64,000 nt of DNA from Gammaproteobacteria bacterium. GTDB lineage: Bacteria > Pseudomonadota > Gammaproteobacteria > UBA12402. The notes below the pieces were generated by a model. That model had not been told where the DNA came from. It saw only the letters and a program-made list of their open reading frames with translations, and searched no databases. This document shows, in pieces, positions 18,901 to 29,293 of the stretch (the stretch's first letter is position 1; each line of letters begins with the position of its first letter). The stretch covers positions 28,364 through 92,363 of the forward strand of contig JASFHF010000002.1 in NCBI GenBank assembly GCA_050123375.1. The letters are read 5' to 3'. The position numbers and the translations under genes are program-made.

Positions 18901-19832
18901 TAATGCCCTAAATCATGCAGCATATAAATTGCATGTTCTAAAGTAGTAAATATTTCGGTTAAATATTCTTGTACTGCTTTAACACTTCCAGGTAGGGCGT
19001 AAATTAAAGTTTTATTTGCAATTGCAGCAATACTTCTACTTAATAAAGCTGATGGAATGGTGGCGCCGTATTTACATCTGATATGTTCCATAATTCCTGG
19101 AATTATTTTATCGGCAACTTCTGTGATAACTTCTGGTGTGATATCACGTGAGCCGATTCCGGTTCCGCCTAAGGTAAAAATTACATCACAGTTATTATCA
19201 ATTGTGGAGATTAAAGATTTTTTTAATTGTGTTTTATCATCTGGTAATAATTCAGTAATTATATTTTTTTGCCAATAATTTTGTTGCAAAAATTCTTTTA
19301 TTTGTTGTTTGGCAGTTTTTCCAGATAAATCCTGGTATTCACCTTTATGGGCTCGATCGCTTAAAGTTATAATTTTAACTCGCATCGTTCTTGGAATATA
19401 AGTCACTTCATCGCCGGTTTGAATAATTCCTGGTTGTAACACACGGCAAAAAATTCCTTCAGTCGGCATAGCGCATTTACCAACTTGCTGGAAAATCTTG
19501 CATCCTTCACCGTGACATTTTTTGCCAATTTGCGTTACTTCTAATAAAGTTTTATTAATTGACAATCTATCTAGTAATTTAGTTTTAGTTAAATTTATTC
19601 CGGATAAAGTTAGATTTTCTGCAAAGTCTCCTGGTTCAACTTGCATGTTATTTTTTTGATTAAAATTATTAATGCTTTCAATTGCTAATAAACTTACATT
19701 GCGATTTTTAAAACCAGCGTGCGAATCGTTTTTTACACCAATTTCATTTAATTCGATTTTTGGAACTGGCTGTTTTACGGTTCCGGTTTTTGCAGAAATA
19801 TTAGTTGAAACAACTTTGCCTTTATTCGACAT
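18900..19832 (-). CDS. MOSC domain-MogA/MoaB molybdopterin adenylyltransferase fusion
   Basis: N-term DSHAG..RNVSLL, GDFAENL, EVTQIGKKCH; C-term SDR, DLSG, TLGGTGIGSRDITPE, LPGS. Confidence 0.88.
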   Translation of the reverse strand: MSNKGKVVSTNISAKTGTVKQPVPKIELNEIGVKNDSHAGFKNRNVSLLAIESINNFNQKNNMQVEPGDFAENLTLSGINLTKTKLLDRLSINKTLLEVTQIGKKCHGEGCKIFQQVGKCAMPTEGIFCRVLQPGIIQTGDEVTYIPRTMRVKIITLSDRAHKGEYQDLSGKTAKQQIKEFLQQNYWQKNIITELLPDDKTQLKKSLISTIDNNCDVIFTLGGTGIGSRDITPEVITEVADKIIPGIMEHIRCKYGATIPSALLSRSIAAIANKTLIYALPGSVKAVQEYLTEIFTTLEHAIYMLHDLGH

Positions 19833-20274
19833 CTTCTTTTACCTTTTCAATAAGTTTTATATCTGAAATCATCATGTTTTTGTCAACAGCTTTACACATG
19901 TCGTAAATGGTTAATAATGCTGTGCTAATTGCGGTTAATGCTTCCATTTCAACGCCAGTTTTTCCAGTAGATTTAACTATGCTCTCGGCATGAACTCCAT
20001 TTTGTGTTAACGTAAAAATTACATCAACTTTATTTAACAAAAGCGTATGGCATAATGGGATTAAGTTTTGCGTAAGTTTGGCAGCATTTATGCCTGCGAT
20101 TTTTGCAACAGTTAATACATCGCCTTTTTTGATTTGGTTTTCTTTAATCAATTTAATAGTATTTTCGTTTAATTTAATTGTGCCAGAAGCGCGAGCAATT
20201 CTAAGTTGTGGTTTTTTGTCGCTTACATCTACCATTTTTGCATTACCGTTTTTGTCGACATGTGAGAACTTCAT
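19822..20274 (-). CDS. moaC: Cyclic pyranopterin monophosphate synthase
   Basis: MVDVSDK, LIPLCH, TGVEMEAL, IYDMCKAVD. Confidence 0.96.
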   Translation of the reverse strand: MKFSHVDKNGNAKMVDVSDKKPQLRIARASGTIKLNENTIKLIKENQIKKGDVLTVAKIAGINAAKLTQNLIPLCHTLLLNKVDVIFTLTQNGVHAESIVKSTGKTGVEMEALTAISTALLTIYDMCKAVDKNMMISDIKLIEKVKEDVE

Positions 20275-20275
20275 A

Positions 20276-21112
20276 TTATCCCCCGATTTGGTACATCCAG
20301 CGTTCCAGGCAGGAGCCGCCCATTTTTGGTTTATGTTTGGCGGCCATTTCTAGAGCTTGTTTAATTCCTAGTTTGCGCACATTAAATTCGATGTCAGAAA
20401 ACAGGCATGGTTTGATAGAGCCGTCGCATAGTAATCTAATGCGATTGCAAATTTCGCAGTTGCCACTATTTCCGCCTTCAACACCAGAAAAATGGCCGTT
20501 TTTAAGATCCATTAGTTTAATAAAACGTGCTTTAATGTTTCTTTTGGCGGCATAATTTTTGATTGCTTGTGCATCAGCTTCTTGAGATGATTGTTCAATC
20601 ACGCAGTTTAATTTAATTGGATGTAGGCCTGCGTCAATTGCTGCATCAATGCCGGCTAAAACTTTTTTGATGTTTCCGCCTTTGGTTATTTCGCTAAATT
20701 TTTTTTGGTCTAAAGTGTCTAAACTAATATTAATTCGATCCAGACCGCTCTCAAATAATTTTTTAGCAAATTTATTTAGGAGTACGCCATTGGTGGTCAT
20801 GGCAACTTCAGTGATACCATTAATTTTTTTTAATGCTTGAATTAATTTGCAAATATTTTTGCGCAGCAGTGGTTCGCCGCCGGTTAATCTAATTTGATCA
20901 ATTCCCATGGTGGCAGCAACAGTTGCTACTTCGGCAATTTCTTCCAGAGATAGTATCTTTTTGTGTGGCAGCCATTTAACTTTGTGCGGCATGCAGTATT
21001 TGCAATGTAGATTGCAGCGGTCGGTAACTGAGATCCGCATTTTTGTTATTTGTCTGCCAAAATTGTCTTGCATAGTTGGTCCTGTGTGAAGTTCGCGATC
21101 CGAGTTGTCCAA
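20276..21112 (-). CDS. moaA: GTP 3',8-cyclase (short form)
   Basis: RISVTDRCNLHCKYC, TGGEP, CEICNRIRL..KPCL, C-terminal IGG. Confidence 0.93.
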   Translation of the reverse strand: MDNSDRELHTGPTMQDNFGRQITKMRISVTDRCNLHCKYCMPHKVKWLPHKKILSLEEIAEVATVAATMGIDQIRLTGGEPLLRKNICKLIQALKKINGITEVAMTTNGVLLNKFAKKLFESGLDRINISLDTLDQKKFSEITKGGNIKKVLAGIDAAIDAGLHPIKLNCVIEQSSQEADAQAIKNYAAKRNIKARFIKLMDLKNGHFSGVEGGNSGNCEICNRIRLLCDGSIKPCLFSDIEFNVRKLGIKQALEMAAKHKPKMGGSCLERWMYQIGG

Positions 21113-21153
21113 CCTATTTTATTTGTATCTCAGTTTTTATATAACATCTCAGG

Positions 21154-21219
21154 GGGACGGGGCTTTACATGATTACAAGGCAACAAACATGGCTTTGTAA
21201 TTATGTAAAGCCCCGTCCC
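21154..21219. repeat. 28-bp REP-like inverted repeat between moeA and moaA
   Basis: GGGACGGGGCTTTACATGATTACAAGGC ... GCTTTGTAATTATGTAAAGCCCCGTCCC. Confidence 0.8.
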
Positions 21220-21235
21220 GACGACTTCATAATTT

Positions 21236-22423
21236 TTAAATTTTAATTACCGAAACTTTTTCTCCTGCATTGATTTGTTGAACGTTTTGTTCAATCATAA
21301 AAAATCCATCGGCGTCAGATAACGCTAATAGATGTGCGGAGCCGTGATATTCTATTGGTTCTAATTCACCATGTCGCGTTATTTTACATGGAATAAATGC
21401 AGCGCGTTCGGTTTTTTTGCGTTTGTATGTTTTTGTTAGTGGTAACATGTATGGTGGTTCAATTTTTTGGTTTTGTATTTTTGCAATTATGCGTTTTACA
21501 AATAAATTAAAGGTTAAGCAAACTGCCACGGGGTTTCCTGGCAGGCCAAAAATTATTTTATCACCTTTGCTTGCAAACGTAGTTGGTTTTCCGGGTTTAA
21601 TTGCAATCCGATTAAAATGTGTTTTGAAACCTAGTTCGTTAATTGCTGTTCCTACAAAATCGAATTCTCCCATCGATACACCGCCAGATAAAATTATAAT
21701 GTCAGCCTTATCTAATGCTTCAGATAAAATAGATTTGGTTTTAGCTAAATCGTCACAAATTTTGTTTGAATAATTTATTTGATAGTCATTTTTTTGACAT
21801 AACGCTTTTAACATTGGGCGATTGGCATCAATAATTTTGCCATTAGCTATTTCATTAATTGATTCTACAATTTCGTTACCAGTAGATAAGATTGCAATTT
21901 TAGGTTTTGCATAAACTTCTGCAGTATCAATGCCGCAAGAAATTAAATTGGCGATTAATGTAGGTGTTAAAAGATCGCCAGCGTTCGCAATTGTTGTTCC
22001 TGGTTTAACATCTTCGCCTTGTTGACAAATATGTTGTGCATTTGGATATTGCAAAATTTTCACTTGGTTGTTTTGTTGCTGCGTATATTCAATTGGTACT
22101 ACTTGGTATGTATTTTCTGGTACTGGGGCGCCAGTCATAATTTGTGCGGCGTGGCCAGGAGTTAATGCTATAGTAGGCATTTGTCCCGCAGCAATTACTT
22201 CAGTAATTTTGTAGCTGTCTTGTTGATCGTTTTGCGTGATAGCAAAACCGTCCATTGCGGCTTTATTGAATGGAGGCAGTTCTAGTTTTGCTGTTTGCGG
22301 TTTAGCTAAAACTCTATTTAAGGCATCAGTTACAGGTAATTGTTCTGTGGTTGATTTAACTTGCTCGGCAACTGTGTCGATGGTTTGATATGCTTGTTCT
22401 AGTGTAATCATTGGTGTACTCAT
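21236..22423 (-). CDS. moeA: Molybdopterin molybdotransferase
   Basis: PPFNKAAMDGFA, IMTGAPVP, STGNE, SGGVSMG, KPGKP, LPGNP. Confidence 0.95.
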   Translation of the reverse strand: MSTPMITLEQAYQTIDTVAEQVKSTTEQLPVTDALNRVLAKPQTAKLELPPFNKAAMDGFAITQNDQQDSYKITEVIAAGQMPTIALTPGHAAQIMTGAPVPENTYQVVPIEYTQQQNNQVKILQYPNAQHICQQGEDVKPGTTIANAGDLLTPTLIANLISCGIDTAEVYAKPKIAILSTGNEIVESINEIANGKIIDANRPMLKALCQKNDYQINYSNKICDDLAKTKSILSEALDKADIIILSGGVSMGEFDFVGTAINELGFKTHFNRIAIKPGKPTTFASKGDKIIFGLPGNPVAVCLTFNLFVKRIIAKIQNQKIEPPYMLPLTKTYKRKKTERAAFIPCKITRHGELEPIEYHGSAHLLALSDADGFFMIEQNVQQINAGEKVSVIKI

Positions 22424-22533
22424 GTTTTTGTGCAGATGGTAGCATACAGCGTTGTATCATGGTAGTTTATTCATTAGACAAAATAACGACTATTTTGCAG
22501 CAAAATGCAAAATAGTCTTGACTATTTTGCAAT

Positions 22534-23673
22534 ATGGTGCATAATAGTCGTATGAAACGAGCACAATTAGATATCATATGTAAAGATCTGCAGAAAAAAA
22601 TGGTTTTTATCATTGGTCCACGCCAAGTTGGTAAAACATGGTTAGCGAGGAAAATTGCTGAAAATTTTAATTCTACAGCGTATTTAAATTATGATAGTCG
22701 CCAGGATCGTGAAATCATTCTTAATGAAAATTGGCTGCCAGATACAGATCTGCTTATTTTGGATGAGTTGCATAAAATGCCGGATTGGAAAAATTATATT
22801 AAAGGAGTTTATGATACCAAACCACGAAATTTAAAGATTCTTGTTACTGGAAGTGCGCGTTTAAATGTATATAAAAATTTGGGTGATTCATTAGCAGGTA
22901 GGTTTTTTGCTCACAGACTTTTGCCTTTTTCTCCGGCAGAGTTAACTAAAATAAAACAAGTAATGGATTTAGATCATTTGTTGGCTAGAGGTGGGTTTCC
23001 TGAGCCATTTTTAGCAGAAGAAGATGTTGATGCTGATCGTTGGCGTATGCAGTATATTGATGATTTAATTAGAACAGATGTGCTTGATTTTGAAAACATT
23101 AATAATTTAAAGGCACTTCAATTGACATTAGAGTTATTAAGAGAGCGTGTAGGATCACCAGTTTCTTTTAAATCAATTGCAGAAGATATAGGTGTGTCGC
23201 CCAATACTATTAAGAAGTATATTCAGATTTTTGAGGCTTTGTATATAGTTTTTAAAGTAACACCATATCATAAAAATATTGCGCGCAGTTTATTAAAAGA
23301 ACCCAAAATATATTTTTATGATGTTGGTATGGTAAAAGGTGCAGAGGCGGCAAGATTTGAAAATTTAATTGCTGTGAGTTTGTTGAAATACGTTTATGCC
23401 AAAATAGATATTATGGCAGAGCATTATGCTTTGCATTATTTGCGAACTAAAGATGGCAGAGAGGTGGATTTTGCTTTGGTAAAAGATGGGCAGATAGCGC
23501 AATTAATTGAAGCGAAATTAACAAATAATAGCTTAAGCAAGGATCTGTATTTTTTTGTGAAGAAATATAATTTGCCAGCAGTGCAATTAGTAAAAAATCT
23601 TAAAAATGCTTGTGTGAAAGAAGGTGTTGAGATAAAACATGCGCGCAAATATCTTTGTGATTTAATGATGTAG
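22534..23673 (+). CDS. AAA+ ATPase (AAA_14 plus DUF4143-type C-terminus)
   Basis: GPRQVGKT, LILDELHK, TGSA, GGFPE, KIYFYDVG, REVDF. Confidence 0.88.
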   Translation: MVHNSRMKRAQLDIICKDLQKKMVFIIGPRQVGKTWLARKIAENFNSTAYLNYDSRQDREIILNENWLPDTDLLILDELHKMPDWKNYIKGVYDTKPRNLKILVTGSARLNVYKNLGDSLAGRFFAHRLLPFSPAELTKIKQVMDLDHLLARGGFPEPFLAEEDVDADRWRMQYIDDLIRTDVLDFENINNLKALQLTLELLRERVGSPVSFKSIAEDIGVSPNTIKKYIQIFEALYIVFKVTPYHKNIARSLLKEPKIYFYDVGMVKGAEAARFENLIAVSLLKYVYAKIDIMAEHYALHYLRTKDGREVDFALVKDGQIAQLIEAKLTNNSLSKDLYFFVKKYNLPAVQLVKNLKNACVKEGVEIKHARKYLCDLMM

Positions 23674-23691
23674 CTATGAGTGGATTTGAGC
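23671..23691 (-). repeat. Possible degenerate att (tRNA-Met 3' remnant)
   Basis: TAGCTATGAGTGGATTTGAGC vs TAGCTACGGGTGGGCTCGAAC: 15/21 identical, all mismatches transitions. Confidence 0.4.
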
Positions 23692-23856
23692 GGTCTTGCG
23701 CCCTAAGAACCTCTATCGAGAAAAGACTTTCTCATTTGTTCTATAATGATACGTTTTCCTTTAACTAGGTAATTTCACTTAATAAGTATTTTCACGTATT
23801 CTAAATTAAGTTTTAAATTATAAAATACATACCATGATTGTTAATTTGGTTTCATT

Positions 23857-26268
23857 TTGTTTTATTCTATGAGAAGAAGGTGCATTATGTTGTCTTATAA
23901 AGAGTTGCTGAAAGTTAAAAAACAAATTAATAAAAAGCAAGAAGTAGGCAAGTTGTTTAAGTGGCTTGCTGATAATGATTTTACTTGGGATAGGCTGGTT
24001 ATGTCTCTTGTTACAGGCATGCCTAAAAAAGATAAAAATGAATATGAAAATGCCAGGAAAGACTTAATGAAGAAGTTATTGAAAAAGCGTGATAGATTTG
24101 ATATTAAGCTTTACAAACTGGCTGTAAAGAGCGTTTTTAAAGAGCTATTTAACAAAGAAATTGAATTAGAGAGAATTAATAAGGGGATGACAACGCGTGA
24201 CAAGAAAACAAAAAAGCATAAATTATTGATGCGATGGTATATAATAAAAATATATGACGATACATCGGATATAAATAATGATCCAAATCGACCTCATTGG
24301 AGAGTGATTGTTAAAGCGCCTGGCAGCAGAACCCCTACATCTGATATTGATACAACTATCAGCGTTTGCAGAGTCGGAGCATTGCCTGACGAATTAAATA
24401 AATATAAGGACTATGTAAATTTGATAAAAAATTCAGTTATCAAACATTTTTATCAAATTAGTAAAAAAATATGTGGTATTAGTTCAAGTTTAAGTCGTGA
24501 TTCTAACGTGTACCATGATGGATTTATGGAAAAATTATCTGTTGAAGGACGTGTTGATGATGAGCAAGAAAATCAGGATTATGCAAATTATGGAAAATTT
24601 CTTGGACACGAAAAATTTGATAAAAAAAATAGGATGTTGCGGTTGGGGTTGAGGTATAAACAGCTTTATCAGAAACAAAAACGTATGAAGCATCAATATG
24701 AATATGCTGCTAGTTTGTTTTCGCTGAGATCTTATTTTGGAGAAAAAACAAAATTGTGGGAAAAGTTTAAGAGTTTATCTGCGAAAGAAATTAAAAGTTT
24801 ATTAGGAGAAGGTGTAATTGATAAGTGTATAAGTGATTTTAAAGAAATTTGCCGGAATGTAGATGACTTTTATAAAGAGTATAAAGTTAGTTTAGAGAAG
24901 GAAATTTCAGAATTAAAAAAGGATAAGAGCAAAATAATTTGCAGCGATTTTAAAAAAAGCAAAAGAAAAATGTTTTCAAAGATAGAAGAGAAGGACATTG
25001 AGGTCTTAGCAATGAACAAATTGTATGTGGAATATTTAAATGAAATTCCGCAACTTAATGAAGAAATTAATAAATTACTCTCGGAAGAGGCTAAATACAT
25101 ATCAAAAATACAGGAAAGCGAGAGAATTTTATCTGATCTTAATTACTCAGTTAAAGAATTTGATGAAATGACGTCGGAAAAAATAAAGAGAGGTAAGTTT
25201 AAAAATATTATAAGTGATACTGTAACAAAAAGAGATACTGCAAAAAAGACTCATGAAGATAATTTAGAAGAATATAAAAAATATTTGCTTAAAATATCAG
25301 ATTTACAAAATAAAAAGCAAAGGGCGTTAATTAAAGCAAATATGTTTGCTAATGAAGCATATGTAAATCGTTCAGCTGTAATTCATGTGGTTAAAGGGCT
25401 GCAAAGTCATGATAAAGGCCAGACCTCTAAACAAGTAATAGTATGTTCAGCATTGCAGCAAATTGGTTTAAAATTATTGCATGCTAAAAAACAACGAAAA
25501 GAAGGTCTTTGTGAAGCAACTATCGCATATAAAAATGATAAATATTTATCGAGGGTTAATCATTTGTTTTTTAATGATGATAAGGAGGTGCTGAACACAG
25601 ACAAACTTAAAAATATAGTAAATAATAGAAAAATTTCAAGCTTGGGTAATAAAATAATGGTGCTGTCATTGTTAAGCGCAAAAGGAAAAGATAAAAATAA
25701 AGGCGCTGTAAAAAACAGACATTTTCGATATGATATTTATGATTACTATTTATTAAATTCAGCAGTGGAAATGATTAGAAAAGTGAAAAAAAATGAGAAT
25801 ATATTATACCATAATAAAAACGCAGCGGCACGGAAAATATTATACAAGCGTGTAAAATTTATGTACGATCAAAAGAAAATTAAAAATTGTAAAATAAATA
25901 ACTTCAAGGTGTTTGAAATAGCAAAATTAATACGAATGGCTGCTAAACTTATTGCAGATGGCTATGATGCAAAAATAATAGAAAAGAAAGGTTCGTGGGG
26001 TGAGCATAGAAAACAGGATAATAAAAATGAAATTGTAAAGAAAAAGCTAAAAAAGCCAAATCTTCAAGATGTTAAAAAACAACAAAAAAATGAGGAAGAT
26101 AAAAAAATTAGAAAAAATAAAAAAGTGATGAGAATTAGGGGGTCTAATTTTAACTATAAATCTAGCATTAATATTAATAAACAGCCAGAAGGCATAGATT
26201 GTTTTGAATTGAAAGATAACAACCATAATGGTAAAAGTGTGTTAAACATTGGTAGCTCTGGAAAGTAA
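23857..26268 (+). CDS. Large hypothetical, effector-like protein with candidate nucleotidyltransferase motif
   Basis: 803-aa ORF; APGSRTPTSDID, DSNVY, coiled coil, FANEAY..AVIHVV. Confidence 0.6.
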   Translation: MFYSMRRRCIMLSYKELLKVKKQINKKQEVGKLFKWLADNDFTWDRLVMSLVTGMPKKDKNEYENARKDLMKKLLKKRDRFDIKLYKLAVKSVFKELFNKEIELERINKGMTTRDKKTKKHKLLMRWYIIKIYDDTSDINNDPNRPHWRVIVKAPGSRTPTSDIDTTISVCRVGALPDELNKYKDYVNLIKNSVIKHFYQISKKICGISSSLSRDSNVYHDGFMEKLSVEGRVDDEQENQDYANYGKFLGHEKFDKKNRMLRLGLRYKQLYQKQKRMKHQYEYAASLFSLRSYFGEKTKLWEKFKSLSAKEIKSLLGEGVIDKCISDFKEICRNVDDFYKEYKVSLEKEISELKKDKSKIICSDFKKSKRKMFSKIEEKDIEVLAMNKLYVEYLNEIPQLNEEINKLLSEEAKYISKIQESERILSDLNYSVKEFDEMTSEKIKRGKFKNIISDTVTKRDTAKKTHEDNLEEYKKYLLKISDLQNKKQRALIKANMFANEAYVNRSAVIHVVKGLQSHDKGQTSKQVIVCSALQQIGLKLLHAKKQRKEGLCEATIAYKNDKYLSRVNHLFFNDDKEVLNTDKLKNIVNNRKISSLGNKIMVLSLLSAKGKDKNKGAVKNRHFRYDIYDYYLLNSAVEMIRKVKKNENILYHNKNAAARKILYKRVKFMYDQKKIKNCKINNFKVFEIAKLIRMAAKLIADGYDAKIIEKKGSWGEHRKQDNKNEIVKKKLKKPNLQDVKKQQKNEEDKKIRKNKKVMRIRGSNFNYKSSININKQPEGIDCFELKDNNHNGKSVLNIGSSGK

Positions 26269-26303
26269 ATTCTCGATCACATGGAATTAGTGGTCGAGAA
26301 AAT

Positions 26304-27560
26304 TTGCAAGAAATCAACAGGAAGATGGAACTTTTATTTAAGAATAATAGCTTTTGCAAGGCAAAATTTAAAATTCATAGCGAAAAAGTTTATATAGACA
26401 AATGGCTTTCAACAAAAACTGAGAAATTGAATATCAATGATATTAAGAAATCATTAAAACAGGCCAGGAAGTTATTAGAGTTGCGGAAATATGAGAATGC
26501 CAGGAAGTTATACATAGAAGTGTTAGATTTTTTTGTTGTTAAGCAACCAGTTCATAGATATCGCAACAAAAATGATTTTGCTGAAGCGTTTATAAATTTT
26601 GCAATGGTGATGCATTGTCTTGGTGAATCCAAGTTTGCTGAAAATGTGCTTTATGTATTTAGAAAATTTTATTCTAAAGAATTTGATAGTTTAATAGTGA
26701 TTAATAAGGCTGAATACCATGGTGTTTTGGCGTATATTAAATATGTTAAATATGAACAAAGCAGGATATTGCAGCAAAGATTTAACTATTTAAAAAAAGC
26801 TTTAGGTGATTTTACTATGGCTTATGAGTTAATTGATGAGGAATTAAAATTGATCAAATCCGATTTGATTGATGAACACATCAAAAAGCTTGCTAAATTT
26901 GCTCATGGGCAAGGCACCGCATACTATTTTCTTGGTGATTGTTGTTTAGAGCAAAAAGATGATAAGGCGGCAGAAAAAAATTATAAGCAATCTGTAAGTA
27001 AATTTTTTTTAGCGTTATTATTAAGAACTTTGATTTATGGAGATAATGATGTTAACGTGGCTAGAAGCCACCATAAATTAGCTACAGCTTTCATAAAATT
27101 AAGTAAACTTAAACTCGCTGGATACCATTTTAAAGAAGCACTTAAAATTCAGCGTAAATTACTTAATAAAGACCATCCCAATAGATGTGAAACAGAGCTT
27201 GCCTATAAAAGATTTATGCAATGTAAAGATAAAAAGGGGAATCAATATAAAGCGACTACTTATGCTGGATTTTACGGTAGTAGAAGAAAAATGTATGATA
27301 ATGGGAATATCAATTGTAGCGAATTTAATAAAATATTGGGTGAGTATCGCAAAAAAGGAATGTTTAAAAAACTTATCGGGTTGTTCAAAAATACTCGTAG
27401 TAATGAGACAAAGAAAACTATTATAAAATGTATAATTGCACCGAATGATAAAGATAGAACAAAGGTCATAAATACTTATATGCTTGAGGACAAGAATAAT
27501 GGCAGAAGATTTAATGAGGTTTTGAAAAAGGAATTACCAGGATTGAGATGGTTGAAATAA
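26304..27560 (+). CDS. Tetratricopeptide repeat protein
   Basis: Kinesin-light-chain-like TPR: VARSHHKLATAF..ALKIQRKLLNKDHP. Confidence 0.75.
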   Translation: MQEINRKMELLFKNNSFCKAKFKIHSEKVYIDKWLSTKTEKLNINDIKKSLKQARKLLELRKYENARKLYIEVLDFFVVKQPVHRYRNKNDFAEAFINFAMVMHCLGESKFAENVLYVFRKFYSKEFDSLIVINKAEYHGVLAYIKYVKYEQSRILQQRFNYLKKALGDFTMAYELIDEELKLIKSDLIDEHIKKLAKFAHGQGTAYYFLGDCCLEQKDDKAAEKNYKQSVSKFFLALLLRTLIYGDNDVNVARSHHKLATAFIKLSKLKLAGYHFKEALKIQRKLLNKDHPNRCETELAYKRFMQCKDKKGNQYKATTYAGFYGSRRKMYDNGNINCSEFNKILGEYRKKGMFKKLIGLFKNTRSNETKKTIIKCIIAPNDKDRTKVINTYMLEDKNNGRRFNEVLKKELPGLRWLK

Positions 27561-28361
27561 TCAATCAAAAATATCCGATGTAATTAATTTGACGTGTTTT
27601 AAAAAATTAATTTTTTTACGAGCATTTTCCAGATGGACTTCAATCGTTCGGTTAGAAATACCTATTAATTTGCCGATTTCTTTGGCTGAAAGACCGTTGA
27701 TTTTGTAATATACACATTCCATTTCTCTGGATGTCAGATAAGATAAGTCGGAATCGAAATAATATTTTGATATTTTAGTTTCTTTGATAAATGTATCTTT
27801 GTTAACCGAATGTTTATTTGTTGGTAATTGTTTATTTGCTGGTATTTTAATAGCGTCCAAAGAAATTTCTCGTAATAAATCAGCAGTTTCTTGTTTGAAA
27901 TAAAAGCAAAATCGTTGCAGCAATCCTGTATCGACATCATAAATTTTTGCATCCGGTGCGGCTATATCATAGCATTCATAAAAATCGTCAAATTCATAAA
28001 TGAACGCATATCCTTCATTAATAGATAAATTACGTAAAAACTTGTATATTTCAAATTCTGGTTTAGTATCCATGTTGTTTTTTTCTATTTGCCAAGCTAC
28101 TAGTTTTTTATTGACTTTTGAATTGTCTCCGTCCAACCAAGCGTACTTATACCAGCCATCACCATAAAATAAATCAAGTACTTCGGGGTTGGTACATAAC
28201 ATAATCCGACGACCATCTTTGTGGATTCTAAGCAATCTGAAATAATTAGCATGAAAATGCTTGAATAAAGGTTTGCAAACGTTGATGACTTTGTTGGTAA
28301 CGCTTTTAAAGCTTGATATATCAAACAACCTACACCTCAATCTCGAACTAATATTTACCAA
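27561..28361 (-). CDS. LuxR-type C-terminal HTH transcriptional regulator
   Basis: LTSREMECV..GLSAKEIGKLIGISNRTIEVHLENARKK; start uncertain. Confidence 0.8.
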   Translation of the reverse strand: MVNISSRLRCRLFDISSFKSVTNKVINVCKPLFKHFHANYFRLLRIHKDGRRIMLCTNPEVLDLFYGDGWYKYAWLDGDNSKVNKKLVAWQIEKNNMDTKPEFEIYKFLRNLSINEGYAFIYEFDDFYECYDIAAPDAKIYDVDTGLLQRFCFYFKQETADLLREISLDAIKIPANKQLPTNKHSVNKDTFIKETKISKYYFDSDLSYLTSREMECVYYKINGLSAKEIGKLIGISNRTIEVHLENARKKINFLKHVKLITSDIFD

Positions 28362-28492
28362 AAGTTCCAGAATTAACCAAATATTCTATACGTAAAATAT
28401 TTGGGTGTCTATAAGTAATTTTACTTATATGCATACGTAAGAGGAGATTAGCTAGAAATAAATCAACTATTTATCGGGAAATTAAAATTTTC

Positions 28493-29272
28493 TCATTTTG
28501 TAAGCGAAGGATTTTTTGTGTCAGTTTTGTTCTGAATAGTTGAAATCTGTGCTAAGCATGCTTCAAGCTTGTTATTTGGAATGGTGAATTTAAAATACCA
28601 GTGATTGCGTTTACCATCATATTTGCCACCGTCATTCCAGGTTAAAAATTTAATTTCAGTAAGAGTATTTTTGATCGTAGGTATATAGTTTTTATAGTCA
28701 TTGTGGTAAGCCACAGTGAAAACCGATTGTTGATCTTCTATTTTTAGGTGCATTATTGGTTTTTTTATTTTTTTATTTAATATGTTTTTTAAGATTCGAT
28801 TTATTTGTGTCGCAAAATTTTTATATTTTTGTAAATTATCATTTTTGGGTTCTTTTTTAGTGGCAAAAAGATTGTTTTTGTTGTTATGTTTGTAGGTTTT
28901 GTTTAATAAAGGTGTGGGTTTTTTCTTTTGAGGGGATTTTTGCTTATTTCTTTTTTTTGTTTTTTTAATGGGTTTTGGCTTTGAAGGTGATAGCTTATTA
29001 TTTTTGATGCGAGGTTTTTTATATTTGCGCTTATTTTTGCGGAAATATATACATCCGCATCCGCATAATATGGTTGATATAGCTATTATAGTATTGCGCC
29101 AGAAAGAATCATTTTGTTTTTTAACCTCTAGTAATTTTTTATATTCTTCGTTAACATTCAAATATACTTTCTTTAGATGTGGTTTTAGTTCATTGGATTT
29201 TTTTATGCTTTCTATAAATTCTGTATATTTGGCTACTAATTTATATACCTGGTTGGAGTCATGACCCTGCAA
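28493..29272 (-). CDS. Hypothetical membrane-anchored Lys-rich protein
   Basis: 259-aa ORF with one hydrophobic segment followed by a basic stretch. Confidence 0.55.
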   Translation of the reverse strand: MQGHDSNQVYKLVAKYTEFIESIKKSNELKPHLKKVYLNVNEEYKKLLEVKKQNDSFWRNTIIAISTILCGCGCIYFRKNKRKYKKPRIKNNKLSPSKPKPIKKTKKRNKQKSPQKKKPTPLLNKTYKHNNKNNLFATKKEPKNDNLQKYKNFATQINRILKNILNKKIKKPIMHLKIEDQQSVFTVAYHNDYKNYIPTIKNTLTEIKFLTWNDGGKYDGKRNHWYFKFTIPNNKLEACLAQISTIQNKTDTKNPSLTK

Positions 29273-29293
29273 TTCTAAAAGTAAAATTTCTGT

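Noticed and set aside
21113-21235. Moco riboswitch upstream of moaA
   Set aside because: Only a simple long hairpin; I could not see the multi-stem aptamer motifs
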